Positions 39,208 to 50,138 of a stretch of 64,000 bases of DNA are shown here, piece by piece. The notes under the pieces are model-generated. The model was not told where the DNA came from. It saw nothing but the letters and a program-made list of their open reading frames with translations, and made no database searches. A program made the translations under genes and the position numbers. Each line of letters opens with the position of its first letter. The stretch's first letter is position 1. This DNA comes from Vulcanimicrobiota bacterium. GTDB lineage: Bacteria > Vulcanimicrobiota > Vulcanimicrobiia > Vulcanimicrobiales > Vulcanimicrobiaceae. The stretch is taken from NCBI GenBank assembly GCA_963795855.1, contig CAWCIZ010000003.1:928001-992000 (forward strand). The letters are read 5' to 3'.

Positions 39208-42168
39208 TTACATCCTCACACCTGCGTAGAAGTAGAACGTTCGCGGGCTTTGCGAGTAGTTCTGATAGATCAGTTGGCCAGGCGGTCCAACTACGCCGGA
39301 CTGCGGTCCGTCGAATGGCCAGCATCCCGTTCCGTTATATGGAGCGTAGTACGGGTCTCCGTTAGTGCACGGTGTCGTGTCGGTCGTATTGTTGAAGAGG
39401 TTGCTGACGGTGAAGCCAAGCGTGACCGTCGGCTTCGTGCCGAAGTCTTTGTAGACGTTGACTTTCGTCCACCACCAGCCGTGCGCGACCTGCTGCTGGC
39501 AGACGTCGAACAAGCCTGTGTTGGCGTTAGCGCACAGCGAGCCATTGGGATAGAAGAATGTGTCGCCCTGATAATACACGAGCGGATCGAAGTGGAAACC
39601 GTTCGAGTGGAAGTCCGCTAAGATCGTTCCACTCCACAGCGGATTCGCAGAATCCCGCAGCCGCAAACCAGAATTGATGAGGTAACTGGGCAATGGGAAA
39701 TTTATGTATGCCGCTGACAAACTCGTAGACGTCGTCCAGTAGTTGTCGTACGTTGCCGATAACCAGAACGATGTGCCCAGCGGCGCGTTGTTGATGTGGT
39801 TGAGCGCGAATTCGACGCCCATCGTGTTATGCTCGCCGTTGTTCGTGAGGATTGACGTTTTGGGGAAAAATGGTTTGCAAGCGGTTCCGCCAGGAACGAA
39901 CGAGCATGGTATACAGCTGCTGATGACCAGCACGTTGCAGCCGGTTTGGAAAAAGCCCAAGAACGGCCTGAATTGGTTGTAATAGTTTGTCGTCTTGTTG
40001 TAATAGGGGCCCACGCGCATCGTTGTGTTGTTGCCGAAGTTGTGTTCGTACAGCAACTCGGCTGCGTGGTTCTGCTGCGGCGCGAATGACGTTCCTGGAA
40101 GGAAGGGATTTCGCGCGGTGTTTCCTTGATCGAAGCCCGTATAGGCGGCGAGGGCCGAGGTGTAGACGTACGCGGACGCGATGAAGCTCGTGGTGTCCCC
40201 CCAGGAAAACTTCACGTCGTCGTTTGGCCCGAACGCGTACGTTCCGTTGAACGTCGGATCTATCGCGTGTGCCGTGTATCCGCCGCTGTAGACGTTGCAT
40301 GTTATGCCGGTCGGACAGACACCGTTGCCCGTGGCGTAGAGTTGATCGGCCGGGAACGCGTAATGACGCTGAGCGAACGTCACTCCCGGGCTAAGCAGCA
40401 GTTTGCCGATGTGAATATCCGGATTGAAATACGCGATTTGTTCGTTCGTCGGATAGTCTGCCTGCTCCGTAATTGAGGGATAGAGCAGCTGGCCGTTAGG
40501 CGGCGTCGTGTACGCAGCGGTGTCGTAATAGTTGAAGGTGTTGTGGTCCAATTCATGGCTCACGCCCGCTTTCAACGTGAGATGCTCGCTAAGCACGTTC
40601 GTGTAGTCCGCGGCGACTTGCCAGATGTTCGAGCGCCGATTGCCCCAGAATACCTGAATGCCGTCGCCGGACATGCACAAGTCGAACGGATCGCCTACCG
40701 GTAACTGTACCGGTGATCCGGCCGTATACGGATATGGCGGACATGTCGCGCCAAGAACGTTTTGCGACCAGCTATACGGAGCGCCGGGATTCTCCAGCCC
40801 CGGGATGTTTGGATCGGCCATCGGCTGATCGAAGATATACTCGTTGTAGTTGTCCGCGATTCGGAAATTCAGCGACTCGTGTTCGCTGAAGTCGTGGTTC
40901 CACTGGATCTTGCCCAGGCCGCCGTAGTGATGCCAGATATTTCCTTGACTGTTGCCGAGGGCACTCCATTGGATGCCGAGCGGACACGTCTGACCGTTGC
41001 CGGCGGTGCCGCCTGTAGCGTACGTGCCGTTGGCACCGAACGCCGGGGTTGCACCGGGACACGGCGCAACGGCAAGCGGCAGCGGTTCTCCCTGCGCACG
41101 CGTGAGGAAATAGTTGAAGTCGAAGTCGCCGAGGTCATTGGTCGCGACGATCTGGAAGTCGTTTTTCGCGTCGGGATGGTAGTGGAAGTTGCCGGCCCAA
41201 TTACGTTCCTTCACCGGTCCCGGCCCATCGCAATAGCATTGGGGAAAGACCACGCCGGGAAACGAGTATTCGCCGTAGTCATATTGATTCGCCGAATTGA
41301 CGCCCGTGAAGGCGAGGTAATACGAAAAGCGGTGGTTCGGTGATGCCCACCCGCGCTCGAAGCTGAGGTATTGGTTCTGCTCCGGCGTACTTGCCGTGAA
41401 GCTGAGCGTGGTAAAACCCGGGTAGGTTCCGGTTTTCATAACGGAGTTGAAGTATCCGGTACCGTTCACGGCACCGGCGCCGGCCAGACCGCCGGTATAG
41501 AGTTCGACGTTGCTCAGCCCGGTGTTCGAGACATTCGTCGTGAAAAATCCGACGATGCGATCCTGAATAGGAATTCCTTCGAACTCGTATCCGAGGTCCG
41601 TGACTTGACCGCCGCGGATGCGCGGCTGAGAGTTAATCGTTGCGGTGACGCCCGGCGTAATAGCCATCCACTGGTAGATCGTCTCGAGCGTGTTGACGGG
41701 GTTCGTTGCCGCCGTCAGTTGCGCTCCCGATACCGTGTAGACGTCGCTGGTCTCATTCGGCTTGACGAGGTTGGAGGAGCCGCTCGCGCGCACGGAAGCG
41801 ATCGTCTTGAGTTGACTTTGAAGTTGCTGGTTTACCCGTTGCGTTTGGTCTTGCGCGACCACGACGCCCGGAACGGATGCTGCAGCGTACCCTGACTTTT
41901 GGAACGAAACCGTGTACGTGTCGGGAATCAAATTGAGAATCGAGTAAAACCCATGCGCGTCAGTCGTCACGGATGCACTCTGAGAAGGAGAAGCGGCACT
42001 TACTTGCACGTCCGCAACAGTCTTGCCGGAAGCGTCCGTCACCGTGCCGGTGATGTTACCGGTATTGCCCGCGATTGCGGCTTGCGGAATGGCGATGCCG
42101 ACGAACAGCAACGCCGAAGCCAATACTGCTGCCGGAAATCGGGGCGTCCAAAGACGGAGATCTTTCAT
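39208..42168 (-). CDS. TonB-dependent receptor-like outer membrane protein 1
   Basis: Signal peptide, carboxypeptidase-regulatory domain, plug PGV..IRGG..YEFEGIP, barrel ending NLFN..PRTFYFYAGVRM. Confidence 0.8.
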   Translation of the reverse strand: MKDLRLWTPRFPAAVLASALLFVGIAIPQAAIAGNTGNITGTVTDASGKTVADVQVSAASPSQSASVTTDAHGFYSILNLIPDTYTVSFQKSGYAAASVPGVVVAQDQTQRVNQQLQSQLKTIASVRASGSSNLVKPNETSDVYTVSGAQLTAATNPVNTLETIYQWMAITPGVTATINSQPRIRGGQVTDLGYEFEGIPIQDRIVGFFTTNVSNTGLSNVELYTGGLAGAGAVNGTGYFNSVMKTGTYPGFTTLSFTASTPEQNQYLSFERGWASPNHRFSYYLAFTGVNSANQYDYGEYSFPGVVFPQCYCDGPGPVKERNWAGNFHYHPDAKNDFQIVATNDLGDFDFNYFLTRAQGEPLPLAVAPCPGATPAFGANGTYATGGTAGNGQTCPLGIQWSALGNSQGNIWHHYGGLGKIQWNHDFSEHESLNFRIADNYNEYIFDQPMADPNIPGLENPGAPYSWSQNVLGATCPPYPYTAGSPVQLPVGDPFDLCMSGDGIQVFWGNRRSNIWQVAADYTNVLSEHLTLKAGVSHELDHNTFNYYDTAAYTTPPNGQLLYPSITEQADYPTNEQIAYFNPDIHIGKLLLSPGVTFAQRHYAFPADQLYATGNGVCPTGITCNVYSGGYTAHAIDPTFNGTYAFGPNDDVKFSWGDTTSFIASAYVYTSALAAYTGFDQGNTARNPFLPGTSFAPQQNHAAELLYEHNFGNNTTMRVGPYYNKTTNYYNQFRPFLGFFQTGCNVLVISSCIPCSFVPGGTACKPFFPKTSILTNNGEHNTMGVEFALNHINNAPLGTSFWLSATYDNYWTTSTSLSAAYINFPLPSYLINSGLRLRDSANPLWSGTILADFHSNGFHFDPLVYYQGDTFFYPNGSLCANANTGLFDVCQQQVAHGWWWTKVNVYKDFGTKPTVTLGFTVSNLFNNTTDTTPCTNGDPYYAPYNGTGCWPFDGPQSGVVGPPGQLIYQNYSQSPRTFYFYAGVRM

Positions 42169-42344
42169 AGGTGTTTTCTGCTCCATCGGGACCGCGGCGT
42201 TGTTCCATGCATCCCGCCCCGGGCCCCAGATAAAAGAAAAGCGACCGACGCGGCCCCGCGCTCGTTCGCTACGTGTATTTGCCGTAAAGGTCGCACCGAC
42301 TCCTGCGTGAGTAAACCGGACGAGACCTCGCTTGCTTGTTTTTG

Positions 42345-42378
42345 AAGGAAAGAGGGCGGCGCTTTCGCACCGCCCTCC
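42345..42378 (-). terminator. Intrinsic terminator after TonB-dependent receptor 2
   Basis: GAGGGCGGTGC-GAAA-GCGCCGCCCTC followed by TTTCCTT. Confidence 0.8.
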
Positions 42379-42401
42379 TGTTTGAGCCGAACGGCTTCGG
42401 T

Positions 42402-45316
42402 TTAGAAGTGGTAGTTCAGGAAGAACTCGACCGTTCGCGGATTCTGGGTTTGGTTTTGGTAGATGTAGCCGACGGGAGCGTAAGTTCCCGACTGCGGCCC
42501 GTTGTTGCTGAAGCAACCGGTGCCGATGCCGGCCGGTGCGTTCGAGTCCTGCCCGTTAAAGCACGGAATCGTGGCGCCGTCCCAATCGTGCAAGTTGTCC
42601 GTGAGGTTGATCACGCGTACGCCGACATCGTACCGCGAATTGAGCTCCTTGAGGATCGTCGCGTTGACTTTCCAGTAGCCCATCCCCTGGCCTTCGGGCG
42701 CCATGATCGGCGGCATCGTTTGGTTGAACGTTGCCGCGTCGCTGCCGCAGCTGTCCGGCTGCGAGTATTGGTCGTACGGCAACGGCGCACCGCTGGTGCT
42801 ATCGCGATCGATGCATCCGCCGGTGTTGTAGAAGTTGCCAAACGTGTAATACGCGTCGGGGATGAAATGCAGGCCGTTCTTGTGGATGTCCGCCACGAGC
42901 GTCGCAGAGAACGGCGCCGCGAGCGGGCTGCGCACCATCACGCCGCGCTGCGTGAAGTACGTATCGATGGGATAGTTGATGAACGCAACTTGTCCGAAGC
43001 TGCTGACCTGCGTCCAGTAGTTGTTCAACGAGGCCGAGAGCCAGAACGAGTTGCCTATCGGACCGTTTTCGACGTGCGAGAGTCCGAACTCGACGCCGAA
43101 GGAACGAATCTTCAGGTTATTTGCCAACTCCGGCGGCCCGTATTTCGGTGCCGGGTCGAGCGCGATCAGTGGCGAGTAACTTGCCAGGTAGTTGTTGGAG
43201 AAGCGGTAGTACGGTCCAACCTTGAGCGAGGTGCTCGGGTTGATCTGATGCTCCCACTGCAGGTCGAAACTCGTGTTCACCTGCGGTTTGTTGCTCGGCG
43301 TTTGCCCCGTCGAACTGATGCAGAACGGATTGTACGTGCACGATCCGAGCCGGTAGACGAACTCCGTGCCGATGAATTGCCCCGTGGTCGAGTACGACCA
43401 GCGAGTACGTCATTGGCGCCGAAGCGGTACGTGCCGAGCAAGGAAGGCGCAAGAAAACTCACTCTCGAGCGGCCGCCCGGGATGCCGTTCGGCTGCTGCG
43501 TCGTGGTGAAGTTCGGCTGCGCCGGGATGCCGTATGACAACATCGAGAAACGCAGGCCCGGTTCGATCGTCCACTTGCCGATGTTCATCGAAGCCTGCGC
43601 GTATGCGTACGGCGCGTGCGCCGGAATGTCGGTGTACGAGTTCAAGCACGAGAACGAGAACGTCGAGCCGCCGCATGGCGCATTCGGATTGTTCGGGTTG
43701 TTGAACCAATTCAGATAGCGGACGTCGCGCTTTTGGTTGTCGTACTCTTGGCCCACGCCGGCTTTGATGGTGAGATTTTCGTTCGGGGTGCTGGTGTAGT
43801 CGAGCTGGGCGTAGTAGTCGTTCCCGTAGCGGTTCTGATAATAGTCGCCGAGATCCATCGTGCATTCGCGGCCGGTGGCCGTGAGCGGCAGCGGCGATCC
43901 CGCCGCGTACGGATACGACGGACATCCGCTGCGCGGTGAACCGAACTCGGCAAGGTTCGGGTCCGTCAGCGGCTGATCGAAGATGTACTGGTTGAAGTTT
44001 TCCGCCAGACGCAGGGCAAAGCTCGAGTGGCTGTCGATGACGTGGTTCCACTGCACTTTGCCGATGCCGGAGTAGTGGCCGAGGAAGTTGCCCGAACCGT
44101 TCGAGAGTGCCGAAAAGTACAAGCCGCCGGGGCAGGTTTGCCCGTTCGGTGCGACGCCGCCCGTTGCGCCGGTGCGATTGGTGTCGTCCGCAACCGCGCC
44201 AGGGCACGGTTGGAGTGCGAGTAGCGGCGCCGTCGGCGTTCCGGAGTACAGCATGTAGTCGACTTTTTCGTTGTACAAGCTGTTTTGATACAGGAACTGG
44301 ATGTCGTCGCGCTGGCTCGGACGATAGTGGAAGTTTCCGATGACGTCGCGCGTGTAGATGTAACCCGGATTACTGGACGATATGCCGACTTGCGGAAGTG
44401 TAAACGAAATCGTCCCGTTGTTGAAATCGTTCTCGGAATTCGCGCCGTCGAACGCCAGGTAGTAGCTGAAACGCCGGTTCGGCGTCGCTCCGCCGTATTC
44501 GGCGCGCGCGTAGTGGTTGAATATGGTCGTCGTGAGGCCGAGGTTGACCGAACCGAACGCCGGATACGAACCCGTTTTTATGACCGAGTTGATCACGCCG
44601 ACGCCGTTGCCCGCATTCTGCGCGGACAAACCGCCGGTGTAGACTTCGACGTTTCCGATGCCGAGGTCGGTCAAGTTCGTCGTGAAGTATCCCGTCATGC
44701 GTTCGGTGATCGGAATGCCGTCGAGTTCGTAGCCGTTGTCCACGTCGTAGCCGCCGCGAATCGAGGGCTCCGCCGGGAAACCGCCGCCAATCGGCGTGAC
44801 GCCCGGAACGGTGTTGAGGTATTCGTAAATCGTATGGTGCAAATTATCGCCGCCGGTCGCAGCGTTCAGCTGCGAGCCGCTGACGTTGTACACGTCGGTG
44901 CCTTCATACGGCTTGACGAGGTTGCCGGCTGCGCGCGAACGCACCGATGCAATCGTCTTGAGCTCCTTGGTGAGCCGCATGTCCAGTTTGAAGACGAAGT
45001 CTTGCTGCACGGTCACGCCCGGTTGCGATGCGGGCGTGTATCCCTGCGCCTGGAACGAGACGGCGTAGGTGTCCGGAACCAGCGCCTGCAGCGAATAGAA
45101 GCCCGCACCGTTGGTCGTGGTGGACTGAGTGCCGCTGCCGGCAGCCGCGGTAACGTGAGCATCCGCAATCGGTGCTCCGGTCTGCGCGTCGCGAACGACA
45201 CCGGCGATGGTGCCGGTCGTGCCGGCGATGGCCGACGTGGGGGCGCAGATCGATGCGGCGACTGCAATACTGATTGCCGCCGCTCCGACCCGCCACCAGC
45301 GTTGGAGGTGTTTCAT
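42402..45316 (-). CDS. TonB-dependent receptor-like outer membrane protein 2 (apparent frameshift near 43402)
   Basis: Paralog of receptor 1; PSIRGG..YELDGIP; C-terminal PRTVEFFLNYHF. Confidence 0.8.
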
Positions 45317-45475
45317 AGATATGTTGTCAGCTCCCGTAGGCCGCTCCGGCGTTGCTTCAGATGCATCCCGTCGTGGCGGCCGGACAAACGAAAAACGAGC
45401 GGCGTGTACCCACGCACGTTCGTTGGAGACATATGCGGTCAACGGCTCTTTAATCCTGCGGACGAAGCCCGCATT

Positions 45476-46471
45476 CTAGACCATCGTTTTCGCAAGTCCT
45501 CGCGGAGCGTCGCTTTCGACGTAGCGCGCACGCCCGACGTAAAGGCCCAAAACTTGCGCGGCCACGAGCCACGCCAAGGTATTGAACGCCTCGCCGACGA
45601 CAGGCCCCAAAAGGGGGATGTCACCAATACGGCCTCCTATCGTGTATCGAAGGCTCTCCGCCTGCAGGGCCTCGACCAGCGGGCGATTCACGACATTACG
45701 GGACACGTCGTCGACGATGCCGATGATCGCGCAGGACGGATCCAGCATTGCCGCGCTTCCGTGACGGAACTCGCCCGCCGAGAACCCCTCGGCATGGATG
45801 TAACTGGCTTCCTTCAACTTCAGTGCGCATTCGTTCGCAACCGGCACACCGTATGCAGTGCCGACGATGACGACGCTTCGGCGCCGGGCGATGCGCTGGG
45901 CCGCGTCGTGAACGGTTTCGATTTCGCGCCCGTCGAGCCAGCCGCGCACGTCTTCGGCCGTTTCTATGAGCGTCGCTGCGCTGCGCGCATGGGAGCCGGA
46001 CATCAGCCCGGCCGCCCACAGCAAAATCGCCGCGGTTGCCGTAACGCTCTTGCTCGCGGGCACCGCTATCTCGGGACCTGCGCCAAGATCGATCGTCAGG
46101 TTTGCGCGGCGGCCCAAAATCGAGTCGGGTGTGTTCGTGAGGGCGATCAGTTCTTTCGGCGCGAGTATGTCGAGTGCGTCCAGTAAATCGGTCGAACGGC
46201 CGCTTTGCGAACACGCGATGACGATCGCGTTGCGGTACGCGACGTTGTCGAGCGGCGCTTCGGTCGCCGGCAGCGCGTGCGCGCGAATGCCGCGCCTGCG
46301 CAGCGCCAGCCCGCCCAGCTGCGCCATGAACAGCGAACTGCCGCTGCCCAAAAGCACGACGTCGCGGTCTTTGATCGCTCGCGCCAGCGACTCCGCCTTG
46401 TTCGAATCGGCAATCGTTCGCCAGACGTCGGGCTGTTCGCGGATTTCCCGTTCGAAGTGTGCTCCAAGCAT
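45476..46471 (-). CDS. Double SIS-domain protein (GlmS C-terminal / glucosamine-6-phosphate deaminase-like)
   Basis: EIREQP, GSGSS, SQSGRS, ALKLKE, EFRHG, PRGLAK; no glutaminase domain. Confidence 0.85.
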   Translation of the reverse strand: MLGAHFEREIREQPDVWRTIADSNKAESLARAIKDRDVVLLGSGSSLFMAQLGGLALRRRGIRAHALPATEAPLDNVAYRNAIVIACSQSGRSTDLLDALDILAPKELIALTNTPDSILGRRANLTIDLGAGPEIAVPASKSVTATAAILLWAAGLMSGSHARSAATLIETAEDVRGWLDGREIETVHDAAQRIARRRSVVIVGTAYGVPVANECALKLKEASYIHAEGFSAGEFRHGSAAMLDPSCAIIGIVDDVSRNVVNRPLVEALQAESLRYTIGGRIGDIPLLGPVVGEAFNTLAWLVAAQVLGLYVGRARYVESDAPRGLAKTMV

Positions 46472-47943
46472 TACTGAGTGGCAAGTTCCGAGAACACGTC
46501 GCCGCGCACCTTTGCAAGCGCCGCCCCGCCGCTCGGCTGCTGTTCGCCCATCCATTGGTTGATCAGCAGCGAGAACGTGATCGCGCCGTGCGTGCGCGTG
46601 CGCACGAAGCCGGAGATCGTGCGCACGTGGCTGATGCTGCCGGTCTTGGCAAAGACTTGCCGCTCCGCAGGCGTCTTGAGGAACGAATGCTGCAGGGTTC
46701 CGCGCACGCCCGACACCGGCAGCGCATCCAACACGACGTCGCGATTCGGGCCGTTCCAGTCGTACTGGAGAATCGCGACCAGATCCGAGGGCGTGATGCG
46801 ATCGTATTGGCTCAGGCCCGAGCCGTCGCCGATGGTGACCGTGTTGGGATCGACGCCGATCGATCGAAGAAAGTTCTGTTCGAGAAGCATGCCGTGATCG
46901 TCGGTCCCCGGTTCGCCCGCCTGCACGACGCCGAGTTCTTTGAGGAACAACTCGCCCATCAGATTATCGCTGGGATACCAGAAATCGGCCAGCAACTTCG
47001 GCATTTTTTCGGAAGCGTGCGACCATAATACCGGCGCCGCGGCGGGCGTCTTGCCGTCGTGCACGCCTCCGTTTACGGTAATGCCGTGCGCTGCCAGGGC
47101 GCGCGCAAAAACGTCGCCCGCATAACTCTCCGGATCGGGTACCGCGGGGTTGACGTCACCGGATTCTTTCGCGCCGAACGGGTAGCTGCCGTCGATCACG
47201 ATCGTATCGGGTTTGTTCCACGGCCGCGAAATGTCGGAAGTATCTTTCGATCCGGCAGCGCCGGTTACGAGTTCGTTGTCGATCGTATAAGCGCTCGACG
47301 CAGGCCACACCCGCAACTGCGCGAGCGAGCCCGGCGTCGCGCCGGGCGTAAACGTCATATGGACGACGCCCTCTTCCAACTCGAGCGCCGTGACCACCGG
47401 AGCGTAATAATACGGAAGGTCGTCCCACGACCAGCCGTAGCCATAGCGCTGGTTGTCGTAGCGCGACGCATCCGTGATGAGCGCGCCGTCGACGCGTTTG
47501 ATGCCTTGCGCGGCCAGCGCGGCAGCGGCGCCGTCCAAGTCTTGCGCAGTCAAGTGCGCGTCGCCGCCTCCGCGCAGATAGAGATTGCCGGCGATGACGC
47601 CGGCTGCGGGTTCGGCGTCGCTCGCGACGCTCGTGACGAAGGCGAAATTCGTGCCGAGCCGCTGCAGTGAAGCGGAACCGACGAGCAGTTTGAAGTTCGA
47701 CGCCGGCATGAACTCTTGCGACGCGTTCTGCGAGTACAGCGTCGTGCCGCGAACCGTGTCGCGTATCAGCAAGCCGACCTGCGCGCCGCGAAGCGCCGGA
47801 GCCGACAAAATGCGCGCGATCGATCGCGCAAGCGCGGCAATCTCACTCGGCTTCCACGGAACGCCGCCCGGCGCCGGTTTGGGAAGCGGTGCCGCGCCGA
47901 GAAGCAAACACGCGCAGACCAGCGTTGCCAGCGTTTTACGCAT
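46471..47943 (-). CDS. dacB: D-alanyl-D-alanine carboxypeptidase/endopeptidase (PBP4, S13)
   Basis: PASNFK, SDN, DGSGLS, AKTGS. Confidence 0.9.
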   Translation of the reverse strand: MRKTLATLVCACLLLGAAPLPKPAPGGVPWKPSEIAALARSIARILSAPALRGAQVGLLIRDTVRGTTLYSQNASQEFMPASNFKLLVGSASLQRLGTNFAFVTSVASDAEPAAGVIAGNLYLRGGGDAHLTAQDLDGAAAALAAQGIKRVDGALITDASRYDNQRYGYGWSWDDLPYYYAPVVTALELEEGVVHMTFTPGATPGSLAQLRVWPASSAYTIDNELVTGAAGSKDTSDISRPWNKPDTIVIDGSYPFGAKESGDVNPAVPDPESYAGDVFARALAAHGITVNGGVHDGKTPAAAPVLWSHASEKMPKLLADFWYPSDNLMGELFLKELGVVQAGEPGTDDHGMLLEQNFLRSIGVDPNTVTIGDGSGLSQYDRITPSDLVAILQYDWNGPNRDVVLDALPVSGVRGTLQHSFLKTPAERQVFAKTGSISHVRTISGFVRTRTHGAITFSLLINQWMGEQQPSGGAALAKVRGDVFSELATQ

Positions 47944-49222
47944 CGCAGTCGCCCCGTAGCACGTCGTCAACGGACTCGCGCCTGGCAATGAGGCGGTGCG
48001 TTCCGCCGCGCACCGCGACGACGGCCGGGCGGGTGAAGCGATTGTAGTTGCTGGCCATACTGTACGTGTAAGCTCCTGTAGTGCACATTGCAAGCAGATC
48101 CCCCGCGCGCAGATCGCCGGGCAGCTTGGCGTTGCCGAGTCGATCGTTTTCGCACGTTCGTCCACAGAGAACGGTTTCCGTGGCGTTCGCCGGTTCGCGC
48201 GAAGCCGCAACGACGTGATGATATGCGTCGTACAATGCGGGGCGCGGATTTTCGTACACGCCTCCGTCGACGATCGCGTAGGGGCGGCCGAATTCGGATT
48301 TTGCCGCCATCACGCTGTAGAGCGAGGTTCCCGCATGCGCGACGAGCGCGCGGCCCGGCTCGATGCCGATTCGCGGCCGCGGTATTCCCAGGCGCTCGGC
48401 ATCCGCCGCGACCGAACTTGCAATCGCGGAGAGCGTCGCCCGCAGATCGAGCGGCGATCGCTGGTCGGGGTGCATCTGCACGCCGAAGCCGCCGCCTACG
48501 ATCACGTGTTTCGAGGCAAAGCCAAGTTGCGCGCAATGCGCGGCGCGTTCCATCAGCGCCTGAGCGTTTGCGACGAACGCGTCGCGCTCGTAGATCTGCG
48601 AGCCGATATGCGCGTGCAAACCCATGAAGCGCAAATTCGAATGCGCCTTCAGCAAGGCGAGCGCACGGGGCAATGCATCGGGATCGAAGCCGAATTTCGT
48701 TTTGTCGCCGCCGGTTCGAACGAACTCGTGCGTATGCGCTTCGATGCCGGTGTTCAGGCGAAGCAGCAGCGCGATCGGACGATCGCCGCTGCCGCGTTGC
48801 GCCAGGCGCTCGAGTTCGTCCTGATTGTCGACGATGATTCGCCCGACGCGCCCTCCGGCGGCCGCGTCGAGTTCCTCATCAGTCTTCCCGCAGCCGTGCA
48901 TGCTGATCCGCTCGGCGGGAAACGCCGCGCGCTCCGCAGCCGCGAGTTCGCCCAACGAGCAGACGTCCAGATGGAGCGGCGTATGCTTGAGATGGCGCGC
49001 GAGGGCCACGAGCAGCAACGCCTTGCCGGCGTACGCGACTTCGATATCGTGCGGTGCGCAGGCATCGCAGAATGCCGCAATAGCGGCATCGAGCACGTCG
49101 TAGTCGATTGCGACGAGCGGCGTGCCGTACGTACGCGCGAGCTCCGTCGCACGCGCGCCGCCGATTGCAAGCTCGCCGCCGATCCTGCTGTGTCCCGGCG
49201 CAAGCGTCCCGTCCCAATGCAT
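47936..49222 (-). CDS. lysA: Diaminopimelate decarboxylase
   Basis: YAGKA, KFG, HIGSQI, GGGF, EPGR, CEND, GAYTYSMASNYN. Confidence 0.92.
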   Translation of the reverse strand: MHWDGTLAPGHSRIGGELAIGGARATELARTYGTPLVAIDYDVLDAAIAAFCDACAPHDIEVAYAGKALLLVALARHLKHTPLHLDVCSLGELAAAERAAFPAERISMHGCGKTDEELDAAAGGRVGRIIVDNQDELERLAQRGSGDRPIALLLRLNTGIEAHTHEFVRTGGDKTKFGFDPDALPRALALLKAHSNLRFMGLHAHIGSQIYERDAFVANAQALMERAAHCAQLGFASKHVIVGGGFGVQMHPDQRSPLDLRATLSAIASSVAADAERLGIPRPRIGIEPGRALVAHAGTSLYSVMAAKSEFGRPYAIVDGGVYENPRPALYDAYHHVVAASREPANATETVLCGRTCENDRLGNAKLPGDLRAGDLLAMCTTGAYTYSMASNYNRFTRPAVVAVRGGTHRLIARRESVDDVLRGDCDA

Positions 49223-49282
49223 AGATTTTTTGACTTTGCCGTTACGGGAGCCCGATGCCTGCCGTCAAATGAGTGCACGGTG

Positions 49283-49888
49283 ATGAAAGAACGCGCGGTC
49301 GAGAACCGCATCGAAACGTATCCGCATTGGAAATTGCACGAGTGGGCGCCGTCTTTGCCGCAAGGAAAAATCGAGCGCATTTACACGCACTGGTCGGCGC
49401 ACGATTATCACTCCGTTTATCCGGCGTATCATTTCTGCGTTACGTCGAACGAAGACGGCGAACTGCTCGTGGTGAACACGCACGACGTCCGCGAAAACAT
49501 GCGGGACGTCTACAAGTCTCCCGACGATCCGTATGCCGCGCATACGCGCGGGCGTAACTCCTATGCGCTCGGCATTTCCATCATGGCGATGGAAAACGCC
49601 GCGCCGCACGACTTCGGCGCCTATCCGCTCACGGAAAAATTGATCGACGGCCTTTGTCTGCTCGCCGCGAAACTCGCGAAGTACTACGGCGTGCCCATCG
49701 ACGCCGAGCACGTCATGTCGCACGCGGAGGCGGCGTTACACGACGGCTATTTCGGCACCGCGCCCGAGGAGCGTTGGGACATCGCTCGTCTCGCTGCGGA
49801 CGGCCGCCCGCTCGTCCCCCAAGACGGCGTCGATGTGGGAAACGAGCTCAGGCGCCGCATGCTCGCATTTTTTGCCGGCCTCGAATAG
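49283..49888 (+). CDS. N-acetylmuramoyl-L-alanine amidase-like protein (Amidase_2)
   Basis: IYTHWSA, YHF, AHTRGRNSYALGIS, VMSH. Confidence 0.75.
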   Translation: MKERAVENRIETYPHWKLHEWAPSLPQGKIERIYTHWSAHDYHSVYPAYHFCVTSNEDGELLVVNTHDVRENMRDVYKSPDDPYAAHTRGRNSYALGISIMAMENAAPHDFGAYPLTEKLIDGLCLLAAKLAKYYGVPIDAEHVMSHAEAALHDGYFGTAPEERWDIARLAADGRPLVPQDGVDVGNELRRRMLAFFAGLE

Positions 49889-49955
49889 GCCGAGTGTCTC
49901 GGCTTGTGCCGACAGCAAAGCGGCCGTAAGATTGCGGGGTAGGAGGGCCCTTTCC

Positions 49956-50138
49956 ATGAACCCGACCTCGCAACAAGCACCGCCGCAAGAGCATCTCATC
50001 GCCGTCGCCCATTATTTGATCGACTGCGTGGCTGCACAAAGCGGTCCCAACACCGATTTTGGTGCCGTGCAGCCGAAACCGCCGACGCCGCATGCGCTGC
50101 AGTCGGTCTGCGAATTCTTACAGCAATCAGGTTCCTAG
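49956..50138 (+). CDS. Small hypothetical protein (60 aa)
   Basis: Strong SD AGGAGG before the ATG; convergent with the SARP-type regulator. Confidence 0.5.
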   Translation: MNPTSQQAPPQEHLIAVAHYLIDCVAAQSGPNTDFGAVQPKPPTPHALQSVCEFLQQSGS

